Positions 1 to 8,248 of a stretch of DNA of 64,000 bases are shown one piece after another (position 1 is the stretch's first letter; each line of letters opens with the position of its first letter). The position numbers were made by a program, and so were the translations under genes. Source of the DNA: an uncultured Acidobacteriota bacterium (GTDB lineage: Bacteria; Acidobacteriota; Polarisedimenticolia; J045); assembly GCA_963702425.1 (NCBI GenBank), contig CAVPCQ010000037.1, forward strand, positions 341,495-405,494, given 5' to 3'. The notes beneath the pieces were generated by a model, which saw only the letters and a program-made list of their open reading frames with translations, made no database searches and was not told the DNA's origin.

Positions 1-232
1 CCTCGAGCCGCGCCTCCAGCTCGGACGAGCCGGCGCGACCGAGCTGCTCCTGGAGCCGTGCGATCTCGCCGTCGATCTGGGCGGCCGTCGGGGGTGCGGG
101 CGTCGCTGCGGGGGAGACCGAAGGCGCACCGGCGTCCGCGGCGCACGCAGCGCCGACCGCCAGCGCGAGCGCCAGCACGAAAGGCACGCTCCGCGCGGCG
201 GAACGCACCGCGCGGGCCACGGGTCGGTCCAT
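1..232 (-). CDS. Exported hypothetical protein, N-terminal part (runs off window start)
   Basis: ATG at 232. Open frame reads MDRPVARAVRSAARSVPFVLALALAVGAACAA...QIDGEIARLQEQLGRAGSSELEARLE: signal peptide followed by a helical segment. Not in the ORF track. Confidence 0.6.
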   Translation of the reverse strand, partial: MDRPVARAVRSAARSVPFVLALALAVGAACAADAGAPSVSPAATPAPPTAAQIDGEIARLQEQLGRAGSSELEARLE

Positions 233-246
233 CGGGCCTCGGAGCG

Positions 247-1101
247 TCAGCGCGTCTCGACCGGGCGCGGCGTTCCGCTCTGCCGGAAATAGTCGGGCAC
301 GTTGCCGATTCCGGCCACCGCGCTGTCGCGGTCGGGATAGGAGCCGTAAAGCAGCCGCCAGCAGGCGCGACCGTTCGCCTCTGCGGGAACGACCGTCAGC
401 GGCCCGGACGGAACGCTCTGGAACGCGCGCCGCACGTTGGTGGGGTCGCAGGCCAGGAGGACCTGCAGCGACCACGGGGCGGAGCGCACCGCCTGCTGCC
501 CTGCCGCGGCGGCCTCGTCGATCCGTCCCGACTCCACCAGCGCTCGGACCGGGGAGCCGCCGGCATCGCGCCGGAGCGAGGCTTCGGTCGGGTCCGGACG
601 GGCCGGCGCTGCCGGCTCTGGCGCGGGTGGGGCGACCCGCGCCACCTCCGGCTCGCGCTCCGGGGTGCGGGCCGGCGTTTCCGGCAGGGGCCGGAAGTCA
701 ACGGGCGGCTCGGGCGCCGGGACCGGGGTCGGCAGCGGGGCGGAGGGGGCCTCCCGGGCCACCGCCGGCGGTTCCTCGGTGGACTCCGAGGCGTCGGTCG
801 CGGCGGCGAGGCGGGCGTTCTCCTCGGCCGAGATCATGTCGTCGGTGCTGCTCCGGAACCAGAGGGCGGCCCCGACCAGCAGGATCACGATGCCGCCGAC
901 GATCGCCGCCGTGAAGAAGGCCTTGCCGCTCCCGGCCGATGCCCCCGCATCCTCGTCGTCGGATTCGTCGTCGTCGCCGCCGACGATCAGCGGCCCTTCG
1001 TAGCGCAGCTCGTCGCGGCGCTCCCGGCGCCGCTCTCCGCCGTCCCGGGTCGTGAAGAGATCGTGCTGCTGCCCGCCGTCCCGCCGATCGTCGGAACTCA
1101 T
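247..1101 (-). CDS. Membrane-anchored SPOR-domain-like protein
   Basis: Acidic N-terminus, one TM helix (FFTAAIVGGIVILLVGAALWF), Pro/Ala/Glu linker, and C-terminal WSLQVLLAC...CWRLLYGSYPDRDSA resembling a SPOR domain. Confidence 0.7.
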   Translation of the reverse strand: MSSDDRRDGGQQHDLFTTRDGGERRRERRDELRYEGPLIVGGDDDESDDEDAGASAGSGKAFFTAAIVGGIVILLVGAALWFRSSTDDMISAEENARLAAATDASESTEEPPAVAREAPSAPLPTPVPAPEPPVDFRPLPETPARTPEREPEVARVAPPAPEPAAPARPDPTEASLRRDAGGSPVRALVESGRIDEAAAAGQQAVRSAPWSLQVLLACDPTNVRRAFQSVPSGPLTVVPAEANGRACWRLLYGSYPDRDSAVAGIGNVPDYFRQSGTPRPVETR

Positions 1102-1193
1102 TCGGTGTCTCCTCCCCGCGACGACCCCGTCGCGGATCGTTCGCCGGGGCCGACTCGGGCTGCGCCCGGCGCCGGGCTCGGGCGCCGGACGCC

Positions 1194-1199
1194 ATTATA
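1194..1199 (-). promoter_or_regulatory. Putative sigma-70 -10 box (TATAAT) for the SPOR gene
   Basis: Perfect TATAAT on the minus strand ~95 bp upstream of the ATG in very GC-rich DNA. No consensus -35. Confidence 0.45.
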
Positions 1200-1232
1200 G
1201 GGCGGCTCCCCGCGCCCCGGCCGGGCGGCGCG

Positions 1233-1400
1233 CTAGTGTCCCGAATCCGTCTTGGCTTGACAGTCGGCCGCCGCTGCATCCCGCGGGGCGGCGTTGCTCG
1301 TCCTTGGCGTACGGCGGGAGTACGCCGGCGTCCTCGCGCCTTGCCCCGCAGGCGCTTCGGCGGCCTTGGTTGTCAACCCAAGACGGAATCGGGACACTAG
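1233..1400. mobile_element. MITE-like palindromic element (ERIC-like architecture) bounded by CTAG
   Basis: Terminal inverted repeats 1233-1262 and 1371-1400 match at 28/30 nt, each ending in CTAG. Nested internal stems (GGCCGCCG, GCGGGGC, GGCGTAC/GTACGCC). Right CTAG contains the lepB stop codon. Confidence 0.75.
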
Positions 1401-2116
1401 TGGATCCGGGAGAAGATCCGCTCCGGCCGGATCCGGCTCGGGTTCAGCAGCTTCCGAACGATCGAGATCGGCCGCTCGAGCCCGGTGCGCAGGTGATCGT
1501 TGGCGTCCTCCTTGTAGGAGAACCAGATCAGGAAGGCCCGCCCCTTGACCAGGGAGCGCGGGACGAAGCCCCAGGCGCGGCTGTCGCGCGAGTTGTCGCG
1601 GTTGTCGCCGAACGCGAAATAGCTCTCGGGTGGGACCGTGACGGGCCCGTACGACTGCATCGCCTCGTTGTTGTCCGGCTTGACATACGGCTCGTCGATC
1701 GGCCGTCCGTTGATCGAGACCACGCCGCGGGTCATCTGCACGACGTCCCCCGGCAGGCCGACGATCCGCTTCACGAAGTCGACGTCGGGGTCCTCGGGGA
1801 AGCGGAAGACGACGACGTCGCCGCGTGCGATCGGGCGCTGTCCCAGCCAGCCGACCGGCTCGTCGCCGGGGGCGCCGTAGAGGAAACGGTTGACCAGGAT
1901 GTAGTCGCCGACCAGCAGGGTGTCGAGCATCGACTCGGTCGGGATCTTCGACTGCATGAAGACGAAGGTCCGCGCGAACAGCAGGAACAGCACCGCGACG
2001 ACGATCGTCTCGAGGTACTCGCGCAGGATTCCTTTCGGCGGGAAGGCCACCGTCGCCGGGCCCCCCGCTGCCGGCTTCGGGTCGTCCCGGACCTCGCTGC
2101 TCTTCTTTTCGTTCAA
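1397..2116 (-). CDS. lepB: Signal peptidase I
   Basis: IPTESMLDTLLVGDYILVNRF (catalytic Ser), DFVKRIVGLPGD (Lys), GDNRDNSRDSR. TTG start overlaps the upstream stop; GGAGGA SD. Confidence 0.95.
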   Translation of the reverse strand: MNEKKSSEVRDDPKPAAGGPATVAFPPKGILREYLETIVVAVLFLLFARTFVFMQSKIPTESMLDTLLVGDYILVNRFLYGAPGDEPVGWLGQRPIARGDVVVFRFPEDPDVDFVKRIVGLPGDVVQMTRGVVSINGRPIDEPYVKPDNNEAMQSYGPVTVPPESYFAFGDNRDNSRDSRAWGFVPRSLVKGRAFLIWFSYKEDANDHLRTGLERPISIVRKLLNPSRIRPERIFSRIH

Positions 2117-2685
2117 CACTCCTCCAACAGATCGCCTTCGAGCGGGCGGGCCAACGCCAGCGCAACGGCTTGGCCGGGGCCGGCGGCGCGCCGGGTGGCG
2201 GCGAGGCAGCGGCGTTCGAGTCGCCCGGCCCGGGCCAGATCGTCGGCCAGTTTCTCCCAAACGGGGTCGAGAAGCACGATCGGACCCGGCAGGGCGTCGA
2301 GCCGGGCGTGGGCCCAGAGCATCGCCAGTTCCGCCAGCGTCCCGGCCCCGCCACCGATGACGACGAACCCCCGCGAGATCGCGAACATCCGCGCGGTGCG
2401 CGCGAACAGGTCGTCCTCCTCGATCTCCAGCGAGACCCAGGGCGAAGGGCGGCGCCACGAGAAGCTCCGGCAGGTCACGCCGATCGCCTCGCCGCCGGCC
2501 TCCCGGGCCCCGTGCATCGCCGCCTCCATCACCCCCCCGTAGCCGCCGGTGACCACGGCCACGCCGCGCCCCGCCAGCCCGGCGCCGACCGCGCGGGCGT
2601 TCTCGCAGGCCTCCGAGCCGGGTTCCGCGTCGGAGGCGCCGAAGACCGCGACGCCGCGCTCGCGGGAGGAGAGGGGAGCAGTCAG
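2113..2685 (-). CDS. LOG/lysine-decarboxylase-like family protein
   Basis: VAVFGAS...VVTGGYGGVMEAA...GGGAGTLAE motifs. The conserved N-terminal strand lies upstream of the track's GTG; likely CTG start at 2685 after GGAGG. Confidence 0.85.
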   Translation of the reverse strand: MTAPLSSRERGVAVFGASDAEPGSEACENARAVGAGLAGRGVAVVTGGYGGVMEAAMHGAREAGGEAIGVTCRSFSWRRPSPWVSLEIEEDDLFARTARMFAISRGFVVIGGGAGTLAELAMLWAHARLDALPGPIVLLDPVWEKLADDLARAGRLERRCLAATRRAAGPGQAVALALARPLEGDLLEEC

Positions 2686-2762
2686 GGGAGCCTCCGCCGA
2701 GGGGGGACGGTCCGTGCGACCGCCCGGCCCCGAACCGGGGATTATTCCACGCGCCCCGCGGC

Positions 2763-2791
2763 GTGCCAGACGGGAAGGGGTCCGGTATGAT
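2763..2791 (+). promoter_or_regulatory. Putative sigma-70 promoter (GTGCCA-17-TATGAT) for the TlpA gene
   Basis: Near-consensus boxes with 17-bp spacer, 47 bp upstream of ATG 2838. Confidence 0.5.
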
Positions 2792-2837
2792 CCGCCCCGC
2801 TCTGCCGGAAACTCGTACCGCTCGGAGGAAGCTCCCC

Positions 2838-3422
2838 ATGCTGGCCCGTTCGTCCCTGGCTCCCGCGGCCCGCCCCGCGCCGATGGCCCTCGTCGTCCTC
2901 CTCCTCGCCGCGCTGCTCGCGGTGGCCGGCTGCTCCGGTCGACGCGGCGCCGACTGCCCCGAACGGGATCTCGTCAAGCAGGGTGACGTCGTGACGGACA
3001 TGACCGTCGTCGCGCTCGACGGCAAGCCCACCCCGATGCAGTCCCTGATCGGCGGCAAGGTCGCGTTGATCGACGTCTGGGCGACCTGGTGCCAGCCCTG
3101 CAAGCTCGCGATGCCGCACCTGCAGGCGCTGCACAACCAGTTCAAGGATCAGGGTTTCACCGTCGTCGGCGTCATGACCGACGCCAACGCGACCCGAATC
3201 GGGTCGAACTACATGAAGGCCAACCCGGTCAGCTACCCGGTCGTGCTAGACGACGACGGGAGCGGTTTCGACTGCGCCTGGGGGACAGTGACCGGGATTC
3301 CGCTGATGGTGCTGGTCGATCGCGACGGCAAGGTGCTCGAGGTGTTCCAGGGAACCGGCGACATCGGGACGCTGCAGCGCCGCGTGGCCGAGCTCTTCGC
3401 TGCGCCGGCTCCCAAGGCATGA
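2838..3422 (+). CDS. TlpA/ResA-like thiol-disulfide oxidoreductase lipoprotein
   Basis: Lipobox VAGC, DVWATWCQPC (CxxC), GIP cis-Pro motif, GGAGGA SD. Confidence 0.9.
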   Translation: MLARSSLAPAARPAPMALVVLLLAALLAVAGCSGRRGADCPERDLVKQGDVVTDMTVVALDGKPTPMQSLIGGKVALIDVWATWCQPCKLAMPHLQALHNQFKDQGFTVVGVMTDANATRIGSNYMKANPVSYPVVLDDDGSGFDCAWGTVTGIPLMVLVDRDGKVLEVFQGTGDIGTLQRRVAELFAAPAPKA

Positions 3423-4129
3423 CCCGTCGCCTCATCCTCCTGATCGCGGCGCTGGCCGGAACGGTCGGCGCCGGCTGCGGCCTGTTGACACCGCGGCTGC
3501 CCGACGATCCCGCGGCGCGCCACGAGGCCATCGCGCGGACGGCGTGGGGACCCGAGAGCCCCGAGACGCTGGAGAAGTACCTCGCGAGCCGGAGCGCCCT
3601 GGACCCGGTCTACCGCAACTACGAGGACGGGATCCAGAACTGGGCGTTGCGCGAGGCGGCGACCGGCCGTGCGTTCGGCCCGGCGCTGATCGGCGTGGGT
3701 TCGATGAGCAGGAAAATCGAGACCGAGGCCGCGTCGCGCGGCCTGACCTCGGACGACTACCAGCGGCTGACGGTGCTCGTCTTCGGGCGCTGGCTGCGCG
3801 CGACGCGGGACGGACCAATCCCCGAGGAACGGGTCGTCCGGACGCTGAAGGAGATCGAGGTCGGTCTCGCGCGGCAGCTCGCGAATGCGGCGACATCCGA
3901 CGACGTGTCGATCGACACCGCCGCTCTGGAAGCGCGGCTGGCCTCGGTGCGGCACCAGGCGAAGTTCCTCGAGCCCTACGCGACGATGGACAAGGCGGCG
4001 ACGTTGGAGGCGATCGACCCCGCGACGCGGGCCTGGCTCGAACAGCATCGCAAGCAGATCGAGGCCCTCGACTGGTTCTACTTCGACACCATCGGGCCGC
4101 CGCGGGCCGACGCGAAGAAGAAGGCGTAG
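3419..4129 (+). CDS. Hypothetical lipoprotein
   Basis: ATGA overlap with the TlpA gene. Signal peptide with lipobox GAGC; helical protein of no recognised family. Confidence 0.75.
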   Translation: MTRRLILLIAALAGTVGAGCGLLTPRLPDDPAARHEAIARTAWGPESPETLEKYLASRSALDPVYRNYEDGIQNWALREAATGRAFGPALIGVGSMSRKIETEAASRGLTSDDYQRLTVLVFGRWLRATRDGPIPEERVVRTLKEIEVGLARQLANAATSDDVSIDTAALEARLASVRHQAKFLEPYATMDKAATLEAIDPATRAWLEQHRKQIEALDWFYFDTIGPPRADAKKKA

Positions 4130-4143
4130 GCCCGGCGCGGCCG

Positions 4144-5088
4144 TCAGCTCGCCAGGAGTTGTCGGAAGTACGCGACCGTCGCCTTCAGCCCGTCTTCGAG
4201 GTCGACCTTCGGCTCCCAGCCCAGTATCGACCGGGCCAGTGTGATGTCCGGCCGGCGCTGCCGCGGGTCGTCCGCGGGAAGGTCCCGGAAGACCACTTTC
4301 GAGCGCGAGCCGACGAGCGCGATGATCCGCTCGGCCAGCTCGAGGATGCTCGATTCGACCGGGTTGCCGAGGTTGACCGGGCCGGTGAAGTCGTCCGGGG
4401 TGTTCATCAGCCGGATCAGCGCTTCGATCAGGTCGTCGACATAGCAGAAGCTGCGGGTCTGGTCCCCCTTGCCGTAGATCGTGATGTCCTCGCCGCGCAG
4501 CGCCTGGCGGATGAAGTTCGACACCACGCGGCCGTCGTCGGGGTGCATCCGCGGGCCGTAGGTGTTGAAGATCCGCGCGACCTTGATCCGCAGCCGGTGC
4601 TGGCGCCAGTAGTCGAAGAAGAGGGTCTCGGCGCAGCGCTTCCCCTCGTCGTAGCAGGCCCGGATGCCGATCGGATTGACGCTGCCCCAGTAGCTCTCGG
4701 GCTGCGGGTGGACGTTGGGGTCGCCGTAGACCTCGCTGGTCGAGGCCAGCAGGATCTTCGCCTTCACGCGCTTGGCGAGACCCAGCATGTTGATGTTGCC
4801 GTGCACGGAGGTCTTGGTCGTCTGGACCGGATCGCGCTGGTAGTGGATCGGCGAGGCCGGGCAGGCGAGGCTGAAGATCTGGTCGACCTCGACGTAAAGC
4901 GGGAAGGTGACGTCGTGACGCATCAGCTCGAAGCGCTTGTGGCCCAGCAGGTGCTCGACGTTGCCGCGCTGCCCGGTGTAGAAGTTGTCGGCGCACAGGA
5001 CCTCGGTCCCCGCCTCCAGCAGCCGCTCGCAGAGGTGCGAACCGAGGAACCCGGCCCCGCCGGTCACCAGCACTCTCGTCCCGTGCAT
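4144..5088 (-). CDS. uxs: UDP-glucuronate decarboxylase (UDP-xylose synthase)
   Basis: [56 protein letters not shown]. Confidence 0.95.
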   Translation of the reverse strand: MHGTRVLVTGGAGFLGSHLCERLLEAGTEVLCADNFYTGQRGNVEHLLGHKRFELMRHDVTFPLYVEVDQIFSLACPASPIHYQRDPVQTTKTSVHGNINMLGLAKRVKAKILLASTSEVYGDPNVHPQPESYWGSVNPIGIRACYDEGKRCAETLFFDYWRQHRLRIKVARIFNTYGPRMHPDDGRVVSNFIRQALRGEDITIYGKGDQTRSFCYVDDLIEALIRLMNTPDDFTGPVNLGNPVESSILELAERIIALVGSRSKVVFRDLPADDPRQRRPDITLARSILGWEPKVDLEDGLKATVAYFRQLLAS

Positions 5089-5267
5089 GCTCGATCTCTC
5101 CCGGCAGGATCCCAGCGCGACCGGACCCCGCGCGCTGCGGGGGCGGCGCCGCGCGCGTCAGCCGACGGCGGAGAAGTTACCGCGAACCGACCCCTTTCGG
5201 GCGGCAAACCCCGCCCGACGTGGAATTTCGCGGTCCATCGGCCAGACCCGCGGTGGCAGCCGGGCCG

Positions 5268-6137
5268 TCAGGAGTCCTGGACGGTCCGCCGGTAGCGGAG
5301 CGTTTGGGAGACGATTCCGGCGCGGTGGGCGAAGGGGGTCAGGCTGACCAGCGCCCAGACGCCCAGGGGGGCGCGCCGGCGGCGCAGGAACTGCGCCAGC
5401 CGCCAGTAGAACTCGCCGGGCCGGCGCGGGATCGCCTGAACGGCGTAGCGCCGCCGCCGCAGGTCGAAGCTGCCGCGGCCGTAACGGAACTGCTGTCGCA
5501 GGTAGCCGCGAGGCGTGCTGCGGTGGTGGTGCCAGACCCGCGCGTCGTCGAAGTAGCGCTGGCGGAGCCCGGCTCCCACGGCGCGGTAGGCGAGGTCGAC
5601 GTCCTCGGCGGCCGCGAGCGGAAAGGTCTCGTCGAAGCCGTTGATCGACCAGAAAGCGTCGCGCCGGTAAGCGAGGTTGTTGCTCGGGAGCATCAGCCCG
5701 TTCCCCGACGCGTCCTGGAAGTACTCGCGCAGAAAGTCGAGGTACAGCTCCCAGGTCACCGCGGGGATGCTCTCCGGATACGGGTTGATGGCGGCACCGC
5801 CGAGCGCTGCGGCGTTCTCCTGGTCGAAGCCCCGCTCGAGCTGCTTCAGCCAGTCCGGCTCCGGGATGCAGTCGTCGTCGGTGAAGGCGAGGAGTTCGCC
5901 GCGGGCCGCCCGGGCGCCCGCATTGCGCGCCGCTGCCGGCCCGCCGTGCGGCGCGTCGATCGTGGTCAACGGCAGCCGGGCGCGCAGCACGTCGTCGACG
6001 CTGGCGAACGAGGTCGCCCCGCCGTCATTGACGACGAGCAGCTCCCACGAGGGGTGCTCGAGCCGTGTGAAGCCCTCGAGGCAGCGCCGCAGCGGCTGCG
6101 GGCGGTCGTAGGTCGGGATGACGACGGAAAAGCGCAT
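5268..6137 (-). CDS. GT2 glycosyltransferase
   Basis: FSVVIPTYDR, GPAAARNAG, AFTDDDC, ED motif, QQFRYGRG. Confidence 0.9.
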   Translation of the reverse strand: MRFSVVIPTYDRPQPLRRCLEGFTRLEHPSWELLVVNDGGATSFASVDDVLRARLPLTTIDAPHGGPAAARNAGARAARGELLAFTDDDCIPEPDWLKQLERGFDQENAAALGGAAINPYPESIPAVTWELYLDFLREYFQDASGNGLMLPSNNLAYRRDAFWSINGFDETFPLAAAEDVDLAYRAVGAGLRQRYFDDARVWHHHRSTPRGYLRQQFRYGRGSFDLRRRRYAVQAIPRRPGEFYWRLAQFLRRRRAPLGVWALVSLTPFAHRAGIVSQTLRYRRTVQDS

Positions 6138-6155
6138 GGCGGCGGGGCTCCCGGG

Positions 6156-7052
6156 CTACTCGGGGTGCGGGCGGGCGAGCTTCTCGGCGAAGAAGCCGGT
6201 CGCGTTGGCGACCTGGGACGCGAGCATCAGCAGGGTCACGCGGCCGCGCTTCTCGATCCCGGCCGCGGACAGGGGGTAGCGGACCAGGTCGAGGTAGAAC
6301 CGCCAGCGCTCGAACCCGACCTCGGGGCCGCCACGCGCGGCGTGCACGCGGCGGTAGCAGTAGGCGCCGCGGCCGTAGTTGTAGTGCTGGCGGATGAAGC
6401 GGCGGACCGTCAGCGCGTGGTAGTGGGTGACCACGGCGTCCTCCGCGTAGACCAGCCCGCAGCCGCTGCCGTTGTAGCGCGCGCAGAACTCGCGGTCCTC
6501 GCCCCCGGCGAGCGGGAAGCGCAGGTCGAAGCCGCCGACCCGCTCGAAGGTCGCGCGCGCGACGGCGATGTTGTTCGAGGCGAAGAAGGGGGCCCCCTGG
6601 GCGATGAAGTAGTCGAGCAGGAAGGCGACGAGCGCCTGGCTTGCCTCGGCGCAGGCGTTGTCGGTCAGGGCGTTGACGGTGCGCCCGCCGAGCAGCGCTC
6701 CCGGGTGCGCAGCGAACCGCTGCGCCAGGGCGACGAGCCAGCCCGGGTCGACGCGGCAGTCGTCATCGGTGAACGCGATGTGCTCGTGCCGGGCCGCGCC
6801 CGCGCCCAGGTTCCGCGCCGCGGCGGGGCCGGCGTGCCCCTGCTCGATCAACCGCAGGTCGATCCGCCCGGAGAACGGGCGCAGCGCCTCCCGTACCTCG
6901 TCGAGTCGCGGCGAGCCGTCATCGACGACGATCACCTCGAAGCGCTCCCGGTCGTACTGCAGCGCGCAGAACGCCGCCGCGCACTCCGCCAGCCGCTGCG
7001 GGCGGTTGTAGGTCGGCACGACGATCGAGAACCCGGGCGCGGGCATCGTCAC
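6156..7052 (-). CDS. GT2 glycosyltransferase (paralog of 5268-6137)
   Basis: FSIVVPTYNR, VDDGS, GPAAARNLG, AFTDDDC, GGEDRE, QHYNYGRG. GTG start overlaps the upstream stop. Confidence 0.9.
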   Translation of the reverse strand: MTMPAPGFSIVVPTYNRPQRLAECAAAFCALQYDRERFEVIVVDDGSPRLDEVREALRPFSGRIDLRLIEQGHAGPAAARNLGAGAARHEHIAFTDDDCRVDPGWLVALAQRFAAHPGALLGGRTVNALTDNACAEASQALVAFLLDYFIAQGAPFFASNNIAVARATFERVGGFDLRFPLAGGEDREFCARYNGSGCGLVYAEDAVVTHYHALTVRRFIRQHYNYGRGAYCYRRVHAARGGPEVGFERWRFYLDLVRYPLSAAGIEKRGRVTLLMLASQVANATGFFAEKLARPHPE

Positions 7053-8002
7053 TCCCCGGGGCGCGCGGCGCGCGGCCCGGAGCGCGGGCCCGTCGGGCGC
7101 CGGTTCCCGGACCCGAAGCTGCGGGCGTAGGCGGAGAGCAGCTCGCGGGCGGCGGCGCCACGCCGCGTGCGGGCCAGCTCCTGCGCCTCGCCCAGCACCG
7201 TCAGCGGGGTCAGGACCAGCGACGCGAGGCGCCCGTGGTGCTTGCGGTGGAAGATGCGGGTGCTGTGGACCTTGCATTCCCAGCGCCAGCGTTCGGACCG
7301 CAGGCCCCGCGCACCGTCGGGCGCGTCGTGCCGGATCACGGCCCGTGGGTCGCACCAGACCTCGTACCCGGCGGCTTCCATCCGGCGGCAGAGGTCGAGG
7401 TCCTCGTAGTACATGAAGAACTCCGGGTCGAGTGGACCGGTCCGCCGCAGCGCCTCCGCGCGCAGCATCATCGCGTGGCCCCAGACGTAGTCGGTCCGGC
7501 GGGGTTCGTCGTCCCCGCCCGCGTCGCCCGACTCGATCCCCGGGATCCGCTGGCGGAGCGGCAGCGTGCGGCGCCAGGCCCCCTTGTAGAGCAGCTTCGG
7601 GGAGCCGTCGGGCATCGCCTGGGTGGAGTGCGTCTTGGGGCCGACCACACCGGCTCGCGGGTGCGACTCCATGAACGCCACCAGCCGCGCGACGAGGTCG
7701 GAAGCACCCTCGGTGTCGGGGTTGACGAGCAGGACGAATTCATCGCCCGCATCCAGCGCGTTCGCGATCCCGACATTGCAGCCACCGGCAAACCCGAGGT
7801 TCCGGTCGTTGCGAAGCAGCGTGCAGGCCGGAAAGCGCTCGGCGACGGCGGCGACCGTGTCGTCGGCGGAGGCGTTGTCCACGACCAGGACGCGCAGCCG
7901 CGGGTAGTCCGACGCGAGCAGCCAGCGCGCACAGCTCAGCACGTCGTCGCGGCCGTTGTAGGAGAGGACGATCGCGGCGACGGACGGGGCGGTTCCGCTC
8001 AT
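7049..8002 (-). CDS. GT2 glycosyltransferase (WbbL/RfbF-like)
   Basis: IVLSYNG, VVDNASAD, NLGFAGGCN, LLVNPD, FFMYYEDLDLCRR. Confidence 0.9.
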   Translation of the reverse strand: MSGTAPSVAAIVLSYNGRDDVLSCARWLLASDYPRLRVLVVDNASADDTVAAVAERFPACTLLRNDRNLGFAGGCNVGIANALDAGDEFVLLVNPDTEGASDLVARLVAFMESHPRAGVVGPKTHSTQAMPDGSPKLLYKGAWRRTLPLRQRIPGIESGDAGGDDEPRRTDYVWGHAMMLRAEALRRTGPLDPEFFMYYEDLDLCRRMEAAGYEVWCDPRAVIRHDAPDGARGLRSERWRWECKVHSTRIFHRKHHGRLASLVLTPLTVLGEAQELARTRRGAAARELLSAYARSFGSGNRRPTGPRSGPRAARPGE

Positions 8003-8248
8003 GCGTCCGGCCCGGCGCCGGCGTCGCGGCGCGGCGCGCGCGCCGGTCCGTCGACGCGCCGCCGCCCGGCACCGCGGTGCGGATGCCGGCTCGGCCGTCC
8101 CGTCTCGATCACGGGCCCGGGCCGGGCGATCACGGTGTATTCTCCGCAGCCATGCGAGCCATGGAGTATACGGCGAGCGGCAGCAGCGGGTCGGACGGCC
8201 CGCCGGCCTCGCCCGCGCTCCCGCGGCGGCCCGCGGAACAGGACGGAC

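Noticed and set aside
5175-5240. Nested hairpin with GGCAAACC upstream of uxs, resembling a c-di-GMP-I riboswitch
   Set aside because: No GAAA tetraloop or GACGCAAA segment, and the motif is on the strand opposite to uxs.
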